Source of the DNA: Octopus vulgaris
Taxonomy: Eukaryota
Reading direction: 5' to 3'
Length of the DNA stretch: 64,000 nt
NCBI GenBank assembly: GCA_951406725.2
Contig: OX597838.1
Span: forward strand, 43,462,001 to 43,526,000
This document shows positions 30,403 through 42,797 of this stretch, piece by piece (positions within the stretch are counted from its first letter, which is position 1; every line of letters starts with the position of its first letter). The position numbers and the translations under genes were made by a program. The notes below the pieces were generated by a model. It saw only the letters and a list, made by a program, of their open reading frames with translations. It had not been told where the DNA came from and ran no database searches.

Positions 30403-31416
30403 GTTATCTATCTATCGATCTATCTGTCTATGTCAGTCTGTCTGTCTGTCTGTCTGTCTGTCATTCTGTCTGCCTGTCTGTTTATGTATCTGTCTGTCTG
30501 TCAGTCTGTCTGCCTGTCTGTCTGTCATTCTGTCTGCCTGTCTGTTTATGTATCTGTCTGTCTGTCTGTCAGTCTGTCAGTCTGTCTGTCTATCTGTATA
30601 TATCTCTGTCTGTCTGTCTGTCTGTCTGTCTATATCTCTGTCTGTCTGTCTGTCTGTCTGTCTGTCCATTCCGTCGTTCCCTCATCGTTCGCTCATTCAA
30701 AACTACGAACGAGTAGCACAACAGACACTTTGTCCCCGGTGTCGTGTTTGTGTCTCTGCAATACAAACCTCTCTTTCATTGTATGGTAATGCAGAGGAAG
30801 CAGAGCCACAGAACAAAACCCATATTCAGCCTCATACATTACCATAACACCAAGCTTCTTGCTATGATGTTCACTCCCCTTTAATTCATCCATAATTCAA
30901 AACGACCTCAAGTTCGAATTAATAATTCTAGACTTGCCCGACAGAATCGAAATGGTCATTGTGAATGAACAGAAGAGAGAATTAATCACATCGAGAATTA
31001 ATCAAACCCCTTACAAACGTTGCATTGTTTTCCAAGTAGGATCCTTTACTAAATTTTTGTGTCTGCACGTCTGATAGGTAAACATTAGTCAAGCCTTAAG
31101 TTGATGTTTTATTCAAATTTCGAATGGCGCCGACGGATCGCCAGTGATTGTGTTTCGATTTCATTTATTCCCCTCAGTTGTGTTCCCTAAACATTCTGAG
31201 CTACGTCGGAAATCGTGCATTCCATGTGGATTCTTTCAGCTTCCATCTACTGTCATGCCGTCACGGTGCTGGTCGCCTTCCACGCTATGTCGCCCTTAAC
31301 AAGATCACAATGCATGGCCTAGACGCCGAAGGCTTTCCCGTCAGCTCGAACCAGCGGAACTAGACCGAGAAGACGGTAGAAGGCCGTACGTTATAACAAT
31401 TTCCCCGTTCCGTGAC

Positions 31417-31547
<131 letters not shown>

Positions 31548-31561
31548 TGTATATATATATA

Positions 31562-31685
<124 letters not shown>

Positions 31686-32032
31686 ATATAAATATATTTA
31701 CTGAGGTGATCCCTTTTCGCAACCATAAGTTTTTTTCTACTTTTCTGAAAGTGTATAAAAGTAAAATTAGATGTGGTAAATAAGATTTAGTTTTACGGGG
31801 ATTTGAAACCGGGGGAGTTTAAAATTTCTATTAACAACAGCCACCAGCATGTTTTGCAATGAAATAATTCATTTTTATTTTCTTTATTCTATTTTCTTTA
31901 TTTATTTATTTATTTCATTTTGAGTGTGTTGTAAAATTTGGACGGGTCCTGTGATGGGATATTATCTTTAGGGTTGCAGGGTTGAATGAATTTTTTTTTT
32001 TTTGCTTTCTTTTGTGTGTGTTTCCTGTTCAT

Positions 32033-32881
32033 AAAAAAAAGAGAAAAAACATTTAGTAGAGGCTGAATGTTATGATGGACTGGGGGAGACCCTGGATCTC
32101 GGGTATATTCAACTTGACAGCCTGTTCTTTCGAACGTTTGAGTTGAGGGCGCTGGATAATTTCCAAAAGTCCTTGGCCTGGCAATGTTACAAAAGTGCCT
32201 TGCCCGTTGAGGAAAAGCTTGCAAGACATGGTCAATGCGACTCACCGGCCTGTCCAAGATGTGGGCGGGATAGGGAAACCGTCCCGCACGCTATTGTTCA
32301 GTGTCCGGAGGTGTTGGAGATGTAGGCTTATGCGGAACATCCGTTGTCCAGTGCAGGAAGTGTACAGCTGTCGACTGAGTCAATTATAAAAAGTGACTCA
32401 CCTGAATTTTTGTCAAATGAAGGTAAGAATTGTTTTCTCACCGTAGTAGCAATAACGAAAGAGGTGGCATGGAAGACAAGGATGAAAGGAGTAAAGACAG
32501 ACAGCTTCATCTCTGGCCTCACCTTACAAAGTTATTTCGCTTTTCATTTGAAAAGGAAAGTGAGGCTGGAGAAGAGGTGTCTGTCGGAGAAAATGTTTGA
32601 CGAAAGATGGAAGTATGAAGCACGAATGGATGTAACCGTGTGAATACGCCATAAAGTGTCTGGGAAAGGTATCAGTGGTGGATTGGGGCCCGTGGGGTCG
32701 GAGCTGAAGCCAAACACCATTCCATTTGGTTTGTCCTTTGTTTAATGTTAATCATTCGATTATATAATTATGTTAAATTTTTAAATGCATTTTTATGTTA
32801 AAATCATTCTGTGCATCTCACCCCAAATCAGATTGTGCTGTTCCCATCTATGTTGGACCCTAGTGGGCAATAAAGAATCAG
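32033..32881 (+). mobile_element. 5'-truncated L1/Tx1-like LINE (zf-RVT region) with 23-bp TSD
   Basis: KSLAWQCYKSALPV...ACPRCGRDRETVPHAIVQC; AATAAA at the 3' end. Flanking direct repeats 32010-32032 and 32882-32904 (1 mismatch). Confidence 0.8.
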
Positions 32882-32901
32882 TTTTGTGTGGGTTTCCTGT
32901 T

Positions 32902-32983
32902 CATCCTGATGAGGGGTCATTGCCGAGATGCACTTTAACTGTAATCGAACCGCGACAATGATCTCCCGAAATGGCCATAGGTG
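32902..32983 (+). ncRNA. Type I hammerhead ribozyme with palindromic stem III (Penelope-type)
   Basis: CAUC-CUGAUGA-GGGGUCAUUG...CAAUGAUCUCCC-GAAA-UGGCCA-UA-GGUG. Confidence 0.72.
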
Positions 32984-33220
32984 TGTTTGAATTGATTTTG
33001 TAGAACTCTTTTTGCTCCTGGACTCTAACCTACCATGGTTTTAGGAATTGAACTGTTTGGACTCTTTTATGGGCGGCGAGTAAAAAAAACAAACTTTAAA
33101 AAAATCTTTTTAGTCGATTGATATTTTATTTCATTTTATTTAGATTTTTGGTAACATGACACGCTTTAGAATTTCTAGTCGATTGTTTTTACCTTTTTGA
33201 TGGGCCGTTCTATATATATA

Positions 33221-33630
33221 GGCGCAGGAGTGGCTGTGTGGTAAGTAGCTTGCTTACCAAGTACATGGTTCCGGGTTCAGTCCTACTGCATGGCACCTTG
33301 GGCAAGTGTCTTCTACTATAGCACGGACCGACCAAAGCCTTGTGAGTGGATTTGGTAGACGGAAACTGAAAGAAGCCCGTTGTATAGATATGTATATATA
33401 TATATGTGTGTGTTTGTGTGTCTGTATTTGTCCCCCTAACATCGCTTGACAACCGATGCTGGTGTGTTTACGTCCCCGTAACTTAGCAGTTCGGCAAAAG
33501 AAACCGATAGAATAAATACTAGGCTTACAAAGAATAAGTCCTGGGGTCGATTTGCTCGACTAAAGGCAGTGCTCCAGCATGGCCGCAGTCAAATGACTGA
33601 AACAAGTAAAAGAGTAAAGAGAGAGTAATA
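33221..33630 (+). mobile_element. tRNA-derived SINE family 1, full-length reference copy
   Basis: A-box TGGCTGTGTGG, B-box GGTTCAGTCC, internal (TA)/(TG) tract, tail AAAAGAGT repeats. At least 10 copies in the window (also 43610-43880 -, 45188-45625 +, 46937-47355 +, 47590-47750 -, 47798-48170 +). Confidence 0.92.
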
Positions 33631-33894
33631 GAGTATATCTGTATTTTTATTCGCATTTATATTTTTACCTTCTGTGCTTTTTGTATATGTATATTTGTTA
33701 TATGTTTTAGAAACCATGGTAATATTTATATACGATCAAATGTTAGGGGGTTGATGTTTGTTCTATGATCAATGTTTCTTTATCTTTATCTCAATTACAT
33801 TTGAGCAGTTCTTTTTTGCAGTCCTGTAAACCCTTTTGTTTTCATAGAAAGAGACAAATAGTATTTCTTGTCATATATATCTATATATATATAT

Positions 33895-35340
33895 AAAGTT
33901 AATCCAAACAAGAAAGCACAAAAAACACAACAACGCGAGGACGTGGAACAAATATAGTATTATTGGACGCTCAGGAAAGAAGGAAAGAAGGAAAGAAGGA
34001 GGGTTTAACGTTTCGAGCGGAGCTCTTCGTCGGAAACATAGGAGAAGGAAAGATCCAGAGAAGGGAAGACAGAGGGAAAAAAATCGCTAACGGTACACAC
34101 GCGGTCACATTTTAAATGTATTATATACCTTTCCAACACTTCCGTCGCCTCTCTCAACATCTCGGTCAGTATACACAACTCCATTCTCACCACCTCCTTC
34201 CACTACAAACACACCGACTCAGACTTCTCTTCCTCCCACCCTACCACACCAAGCTCTCCATCCCCTACTCCCAATTCCTCCGTCTGCGCAGGCTCTGCAG
34301 TGACAACCATGACTTTGAGACTCAGTCGCAACTCATGGCCCGCTTCTTCATCCTTCGCGGATATCCCCTCACCACTATCCTCACCGCCCTTGCCAGAGCA
34401 CTTCCGTAGACTGTGCCTCTGCTCTCTCTCCCTGCACCCGCCCCACCGTTGCCCGTCTCCCGTTTCCCCTCATCTACCACCCCTCGACCCTGCTCCTCCA
34501 ACGCACCATTCTCCGAGCCTTCCAGCGTCTCCAGCCCGACCACTCCACTTCCCCAACGTCCCCTCTCCCTCCTTCAAACGAGCCCACAACCTACGTGACC
34601 TCCTGATTCACAATTTCTTCTCTAACACCACCTCCCAACCTGGCTCGTTCCCCTGCTCCCGCTTACGCTGCCGCACTTGCCCCTACCTCTCCAACATCAC
34701 CATCCTCTCTGGCACCCATCATCGTCCCTATCATATTACCGACTCCTTTACCTGCACTTCTAGCAACATCATTTACTGCATCTCCTGCTCTTTTGCCCTT
34801 TTCTTTACATTGGTCAAATGGAACGCCGCTTGGCTGACCGGTTCGCGGAGCACCGCCGAGATATTAGACTAAGCAATGACACTCCAGTCTCGCTCTACCT
34901 GTCATTCATTACAACACCTATCTGTGTTCGGATTGTCTTTGCACAGGAGCCATCCGGACTCCCACCTTCGCTGTGAAAAAGAATTAATCTCTCTTCGCTC
35001 CTTTGCGCCACATGGGCTCAACTCCCCTCCTCTTCTCTCTTCACATGCACACGTCAACGTCACTAGCCCCTATCCACATGCACACGCTTACACACTCTAA
35101 CATAACAGACCCACGCGCACCTTCGTTTTGGGATCACCAGTACTTTATTATCTCCCCTTCTTCCTAACCCTCCTGTCCAACTATCTTTTTCCAACCAGTC
35201 GCCATGACTGACCGCTAAATTCACAGGTTAATTTTTTTATTATCTCTCTGTTTATTTCCTCGCGTTCCTTTCTGTTGAAGAGCGTAGGCTCGAAACATAA
35301 AAGACTTTCTCACCTTCCCGAGCGTCAAACTAAATATTTC
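33895..35340 (+). mobile_element. Penelope-like element (Neptune-type) 3' part: RT C-terminus, Cys-rich linker, GIY-YIG endonuclease, with a 3' pLTR and an inverted pLTR-like segment at the 5' side
   Basis: KLSIPYSQFLRLRRLCSD, FKRAHNLRDLLIH, CSRLRCRTCPY, FTCTSSNIIYCISC, GLN terminus. HHR-like motifs at 34003-34037 (-) and 35268-35303 (+). Confidence 0.9.
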
Positions 35341-37421
35341 TTTCTGACAAAAGAATCTTTCTTTCAAATTTGGGCACAAAGCCAGCAATTTGAAAGAGGG
35401 GGGAGTTTAGGAGATTACATCGACTCCAGTACTTAATTGGTTCTTATTTTATCGGCCCCAAAAGGGTGAAAGGCAAAACTGACTTCGGCAGCATTTGAAC
35501 TCAGAATGTAAAGAACCGGAAACTCTCTGGCAAAATATGAAGGACCTACATTCTTGAAGAGCGAAGACAAATAGAGTTACGCGGCTATCGTAAGCTGCGA
35601 AAGAGCATCGGTACCGTAATTGAAGTTACTTCGCTTGTAGATCGAAACAAGAGTCGTGGATTCCGTTTACATAATCTTAAACAATTGAGAATAAAAGCGG
35701 ATCTACGTCGAGTCGACCACATCCGAACTGGAGCTCTCTTTTTGATCAGGACATAACAAAGATATTTCAACGAGAAGGTTAAATATTACCGTTACAAGTC
35801 AACATTTAATCAATTGATCAGACACACCTAAATTCTCTCTTAAAAGACGTGCAATATCTCATGAATTCTAGAATGAACAATGATTGTTTTTATTAAGAGA
35901 CCCGTTTAAGAAAGAAGAAAAAAAACCGGTATCATGACAACCGGAAATGAATCACTTAAGAAGCATTCGTTTTCTTTTCCGTAAAATACTGCAAACGTAA
36001 CCAACAACAACAACAATAATAATGATGATAATAATGATAATAATCCTAAACTACACCTGTAGTCTTCTCTAAATTCTTATGGAAATATTTTATTTCTTTC
36101 TTATTTCTAATACAGAATTTAGCATTGTCCAGTATTTTTGTTATAGAAACGTGCGTGTGTGTGTGTTGAATGTGGATAATAAAACTCTGTGTTTATGAGC
36201 GGAAAGATAACAATGAGGAGGAAAAACATTTCTAAGTCATGAAGTCGGGTTATTGTTTGTTTGTTGGGTCTGAAGGTGGCAAAGGTGTGGCTAGGTTTAG
36301 ATTTAGGGCGAAGTAACTCAAATACGAACTCAATTCTAATGTAATATATTCTGAATTGAATAAGTCGATAGAGTATTGGATCACTAATTTATAGGATGCG
36401 AGATCAAATCTTCACTAGGCATTTCGTTTTGTTTCTGGTACAGATAAGGTAACTGGTTCTCCGTCGGTTACGACGACGAGGGTTCCAGTTGATCCGATCG
36501 ACGGACAGCCTGCTCGTGAAATTAACGAGCAAGTGGCTGAGCACTCCACAGATACACCGTTAATCAGGGAGATTCAGCATGACACAGAATGTGATAAGGC
36601 CCCTTGTGAATTACAGGTACAACTCATTTTTGCCAGCTGAGTGGAATGGAGGAATGTGGAATAAAGTGTCTTGCTCAAGGACACAGCACGCTGCTATGTA
36701 TCGAACTCAAGACCGTAAGAAAACGCTGTCAGCGTTATTCCATTTAACCCAACGCGAGTATTTGCAAGTTCAACCACGTGATGCTTTCCATCAGTTTGAA
36801 CCGCGCTTTCCCTTGCATGTAACGGCGGCGCCCGTTGGTCCGTCATAATTATTTCTAATTTAGGCGGAAAGTCAGAAATTGTGGCCGAACAACTCGCATA
36901 CACGCACACACACGCCTAACATACGCACATACCTGCACACGTCTTTATACGCACACACATGCAAGTATGTATGTTTTACTCTTATTGCTTATTCTTTTAC
37001 ACTTTTTAACACATTTTTCTGTATTTTGCCTTTAGCCCTGTGTTTTCTTGTGCGTGTGCGTATATAGACATGTGTATGAACCTTTTTGTGCACGTGTGTG
37101 TGTGCGAGCGAGTATGCGGGTATGTATATATTTTTTGGTGAATGTGTGGGTGAGCATGTGTGTGTTTCAAGTGAGGGTGGATGAGTATATACATATAGGC
37201 GCATGTACGTATGCGTGTGGGCGCGCATGTGCATGTATGGACATGCGCGCTTACGTGATTACTATGAACATTTTTACTCCCGTACCTTTACTTCCTCCCC
37301 TCACTTAGCGGTCATTCTAATAGTTCTTTTGTCTTTATAACGGTCATATATACACAACATACATACATACATACATACATACATACATACATACATACAT
37401 ACATACATACATACATACATA

Positions 37422-37957
37422 CGAGGGTGAGTCAAAAAGTAATGCCATTTTGTTTAGGACAGGTATAATTATCAACACAGGAACAAGTATAATACATCAA
37501 AATGATGCTGGTCCTCTGTGGATCACATCCCTACTTCTCAACATAGTAACCGTTTCTCTCAATAGCAATGTTCCACCCTCAAATGAGATCTTGTATCCCT
37601 GCCCCGTAAAATTCTGTTGACTGTTCTTTGAGCCACTTCACTAGTTTTCACTTCCTCGTCACTGAACTATCATCTCTTCGGCCCCATGAAAGAGGGTTTG
37701 AGAGGCAAACATTATTCCAGTGATGAAGTGAAAACTGTAGTGAAGAAGTGACCCAAAGAACAGTCAACAGAATTTTACGGGGATACGTGCTCTCATTTGA
37801 AGGTGAAACATTGCTATTGAGAGAAACGGTGACTATGTTGAGAAGTAGGGATGTGATCCACAGAGGACCAGCTTCATTCTGATGTATGATACATGTTCCT
37901 GTGTAGGTAATTATACCTGTCCTAAACAAAATGGCATTACTTTTTGACTCACCCTCG
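37422..37957. mobile_element. Palindromic mariner-derived MITE made of two head-to-head right ends
   Basis: CGAGGGTGAGTCAAAAAGTAATGCC termini with TA flanks; arms >200 bp; carries transposase C-terminus (LRGKHYSSDEVKTVV...IERNGDYVEK*). Confidence 0.92.
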
Positions 37958-38009
<52 letters not shown>

Positions 38010-38013
<4 letters not shown>

Positions 38014-38369
38014 GTGAATTGAAGAAATGGAGTTGAACGAAGATTGAACAGAAATCCTTTTATTGCATTCTACACGTGTTTCGAAGGCCACAATTTACCA
38101 AATTCCGATTGAATAAGGAGACCATATTGTGTCTTTCTCTTCAGGAAGAAATAGGAATTCCGTTGGCAGAACAAAAACAGAACAGAGGCGCCTCTGTTCT
38201 GTTTTTGTTCTGCCAACGGAATTCTATTTCTTCCTGAAGAAGAAAGACACAATATGGTCTCCTTATTCAATCGGAATTTGGTAAATTGTAGCCTTCGAAA
38301 CACGTGTAGAATGCAATAAAAGGATTTCTGTTCAATCTTCGTTCAACTCCATTTCTTCAATTCACTAAT
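38010..38369. ncRNA. Spacer-less 360-bp palindrome carrying a type I hammerhead on each strand
   Basis: Centre GAGGC|GCCTC at 38189/38190. Plus: UUC-CUGAAGA(38234)...CUUC-GAAA-CACGUG-UA-GAA(38311); mirror copy at 38068-38147 (-). Confidence 0.8.
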
Positions 38370-38523
38370 AATATTAAAATTCAATTATCCGCACCAACGC
38401 ACGGTTGCAACACCATATGGTTGTACCTCCAACCGTGCTTTCTTCTGCTGTGATTTTTGCTACCAAGGTATCGGTTAAACTTTTGATTAATCTGCAACAA
38501 GATTATTCATCTTTCTATTTCAC

Positions 38524-38606
<83 letters not shown>

Positions 38607-39429
38607 CTGTTACAAATATGTATTAGTTAATTAGTTATTATACAGTCGGAATACAGAATTTTCCCCTGGCGGAATATGTCATCAAAGGGGTGAGAAAATC
38701 TTCTCATACAAAATTGGAGATCCAGAATATTTAATTCTTAACTGAAACATCTTTTAATTCTTTCGTTTTTACAAAATGAAAAAAGTTCTTAATTTTTGTT
38801 TTTCTATGTTGTTGTCTTGGTAACCACGAACAGCACCATTTCGCCTTTCGTGGGATTCATCGGCGCAGTAGAACTTTCTTTTAAATGTCGTATGAAAGTG
38901 CTTCTTTGCTTTTGCCTCGTCGTAAATATAAATATACAACGATAGAATATGTTCGTTTCGATATCACCAATGTAACGAAGCTATATTTTGGTTGAGTTAG
39001 GAGATCGAAGATCAAGGAACCTGTATGAAGTTCCAAACACAACATATTTATTCTTCGTCAACAAAACGTGTTGTCGTTAAGACGAACGACAGAAAAGAAG
39101 TTACATAAACCAAGTGAATCCGCTCAGTAATGTCTACGAGACATCTCCCAACAAGGACAGTAGTCGTCAGCGATATAAATTCTAACAGCTACCTGGCTTA
39201 ACCCCATTGCTTGCCATGGGTCCCATTTGGGGATCTGCTAAAAACAGTCTCCCTGCCACTTGTATGTTGTATTTAAAGTGAATTGCTTATATACATTGCA
39301 TTTGCTGAGGTGTGTTTAACAATATTTAGTAATTAAAGATTGTCGTTATTAGTTATGGCTAATTCTAGACGACATTTTATGCCATAAATTGTGAGTTTTG
39401 AACTACAAAAGTATTGACTGCTTTGAAGT

Positions 39430-39621
39430 GTCAGTCGCCACGATAGATCGGTAGCCACTACACATTTTTTTCTCTCCTTGTTTTTTCTGTGTCCCTTTCT
39501 GTAGAAGAGCGTAGGCTCGAAACGTAAAATACTTTTTTCTATTCCTGAGCGTTATACTAATACATCTGTTTGTTTTGTACACCACCTGTCTTCGTCTGTT
39601 GTTTTTTTCGTAAACTCTCCC
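39430..39621 (+). mobile_element. Solo Penelope-type pLTR remnant with HHR-like motif
   Basis: Similar to 35195-35340; CUGUAGA-A-GAGC(guag)GCUC-GAAA-CG-UA at 39499-39526; ends at (TA)n. Confidence 0.7.
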
Positions 39622-40135
39622 TATATATATATATATTGTATTTCCCATCTATATCATTCATTGATATTTCATATACATTCGCATTTGATACTATAATTTC
39701 AAAAGCTAAAATGTTTATTATTGCAATTGAATAGAAAAGGATAAATTTGCTTTTTTTCAGCGATCCTCGTTTGGGACTTTTCCAAAAATTTATCATAATT
39801 TCCAAAATAATTCACATATGAAGAAAATTTAAATACTACATATTATTTAAACTCCTAAGATACCTGGTAAAGCCCAAAAATATGAATTAAAAATTTTGGT
39901 AGTTAATGGGTTAAGGTGTGTTATAAGCGTTGTCGTGGTCCGTAGCGATAAGTTCTTGTAGTTGATGCTTTGGGATATTGCACAATCACTTCTGGTTAGC
40001 AGAAAGACTCCTGTTGTTATGTCCTGTAATTTGTATTTGTGTAACATTCTCCGTTTTTTTCCCGTCCTTTTATTTCGTATACATTCGCTGCTTTCTTCCA
40101 AGGAATGTAATGCTATTTGCTTAGTTTTTCCTTGG

Positions 40136-40221
40136 GGCTGGCCAGATTGGAGCAATCTCGAGTATAACCAGCCGCAATTGCAAAGATAATCTGGAACTCG
40201 ACTGAGGAAAGAAAATTCCGA
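40136..40221 (+). ncRNA. Putative non-circularly permuted, pseudoknotted hammerhead ribozyme, copy 1
   Basis: Order: GCAAU-C-UCGAGU, then CCAGCC-GCAA-UUGC, then ACUCGA-CUGAGGA. Stem I 6 bp, stem III 5 bp, stem II partner GGCUGG upstream. A13 is mutated to C. Confidence 0.65.
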
Positions 40222-41484
40222 ATGACCCGTCCTTGTTTTCTCTGTATCGTCTATCTGGATGTTTTGTTGTCCCTTTTTTGTACCATCTAACTGTCTGGAT
40301 GTTTTGCGTTCTTGTCCCATTTTTGTATTATATATATATATTTCCTTTTCATATATTGAATCGAACTGGTGGTGAATAAAATTTGTTCTACCAATGGTTG
40401 ATCGTTGTTTATTCAAGAAATGAAAGAAAACCTGTGAACCTCGAAGTTATTTGGACTTTGAATAGTTTCCATTCCATCTGTTGCTCACCAATGGTTGTAA
40501 AGGTTGATTTATAGCGTAAAATATAGATTTATAATTTTAAACAAAAACTGACGCAAATATACACAAATTCAGAGCGAGGAGGACATTTATTCGATTCTGG
40601 TATTGAAAGTCAGAATCGAACCTGCTAGAGTCAGAGAAAACATTTAGTTCGGTGCTGGGCCGTCTTAGAAGTATTATAAGCCCCACCCACGGGGTGAATC
40701 AGTACACCGAGCCTTGTGGTATTGATTTATTGGCAACAAGCCACAGCATACATAGATGAGAATCGGGCCCCTAGACCCGTGAGACCCCAGACAAATCAAT
40801 GAAGCGGACCCTACAACATTCGTTTATTGACGGTAAACCACAGAATACTTAGGTCAGAATTATGTCCCAGGTCCTGTGAGGTCCCTGGCCAACTGCCCAG
40901 TCTGCCTATATCTTCAGACAACAAAATTTCGGTGGTCTACATTTACTGTTTTCTGTCGCTGCTCTTTTTTTGGTGGTCGTAAACATTGTTGTGATTATGT
41001 TTGGGAAAACCTTGCACTTTACACTTCAATTTTCAAGACCAACAGAAATTTCCATAAGAAAATCTTCTACAAATTTCCTGTGAATCTTCGCCGTTTTTTC
41101 TCCCAAGCACTTCATATAAATATATTCAGGCGATCACACTTTCGAAATAGTTTCTGAAATTGAGGATAATTTTCTTTACCAGCCCGGCTGTATGGTTCAG
41201 AAGCTTGCTTCATAACCACGTGGTTTTGGGTTCAGCCCCACAGCGCGACACCCTGCCTCGGTTGGTTCAAATGCCTTCTACTATAGCCCCTACCCGACCA
41301 AATAACTTTGGGGGTTAATTTTGATAGACGGAAAATGTGTGGAAGCCTGTTTTACGTATACCAAAACAAGAACGATTCAGGGAAGATTTGCAAGGAAGAT
41401 GCGCAGGTTCGTGAAGCGTAAGCTTAGCTGTGTGGTTAAGAAGCTTGCCTCCCGACCATGTGGTCTTCGGTTCAGTTCCACTGA

Positions 41485-41645
41485 AAAGAAAATACAGGAG
41501 GGTTAGTTAATTATGATTTTATTCAACATGTTCCTCCCTCAGATTCACACACTTATTGCAGTGGCCCTTCAGAATTTCTGAGCCCTGTAAAAGAACTCGG
41601 AAGGCTGGGCCACTCACCAGGCCTTTCGCTACACCCTTAAAGTCG
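41485..41645 (-). mobile_element. Mariner 3'-end fragment
   Basis: Minus-strand EFFYRAQKF...CNKCVNLRG..VE* terminal motif. Confidence 0.6.
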
Positions 41646-41877
41646 GGAACAATGATTTAACTCGCCGCCATTACATTGCTTTCCTGAGAAGTGATCTTGG
41701 AAACATCGGCCATTAAGGTGTTTACAACTTAATTACTAGTAAAAGCGCCAAGACACGATCACAACATGAAACGGTTTGCCAAAAAACATACATTCCCTTC
41801 TCATGAACAGCAACACATTAAAAAATCTCACAACAAACACAAAATCTCGTAACTTCTGCAAGATTTTCCAATATGAC

Positions 41878-41909
<32 letters not shown>

Positions 41910-41967
41910 GTCACATCCACACATACACCCAAACATACGTACGTATGTACACACACACACACACACA

Positions 41968-42026
<59 letters not shown>

Positions 42027-42309
42027 ATACAAGCGCTATGCTTTCTATTGAGGACTAGGAAATATTTCACGCCTGATCACTTGCTTACGCATTACAGGGT
42101 ACAAATACGACTCACATCAGAGTACAGCTCACGTATCTATAATAGGGCTGCAGCTGCATTTCCGAGATCACACCCAAAATAAAGTCAACCAGCAAAGTTG
42201 TAAAGACTCACCCACCAATATCCTGAAGACATTCATTTGCACCTATACGGATCCCCCCCGCCTCTCTCTGCTTAAAAAAATTTTTTTTCGACTAAAGCTA
42301 CCCAAACTG

Positions 42310-42360
<51 letters not shown>

Positions 42361-42564
42361 GGAGCCCGTTCTTTGTCTCCGACAAAATTAAGCACGCGCA
42401 GCGCGTGCTCACACACCCTTAGGATGGGCCAAATATCACGAAGTCTGACTTCATATTGTGATCTGTGAGCATAATCTGTGGCTTCTATAGTTGCACTAAC
42501 CGAATTTTTATGCTTTGTAACTTTTGGACCATTCTACAGGTGTGTGTGTGTGTATAATACATGC

Positions 42565-42622
<58 letters not shown>

Positions 42623-42711
42623 AGAAATTAAATATATAAAATATAAATTACAAAGTGGTACAAGAACGCAAAAACACACAAGGAGACGACACAAAAAAAC
42701 AGACGGGTTAC

Positions 42712-42797
42712 TCGAAGCCTCTAATCTTCAGTCGGGAACCGGATCATCTTAGTAATTTCGGCTGTTTAATCTCGATATCACTCCGACCCGGCCACCC
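42712..42797 (-). ncRNA. Putative non-circularly permuted hammerhead ribozyme, copy 2 (intact GAAA and CUGAAGA)
   Basis: Minus: GGGUGG-CCGGGUC-GG-AGUGAU-A-UCGAGA-uuaaa-CAGCC-GAAA-UUACU-aagau-GAUCCGG-u-UCCCGA-CUGAAGA-uuagagg-CUUCGA. Confidence 0.68.
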
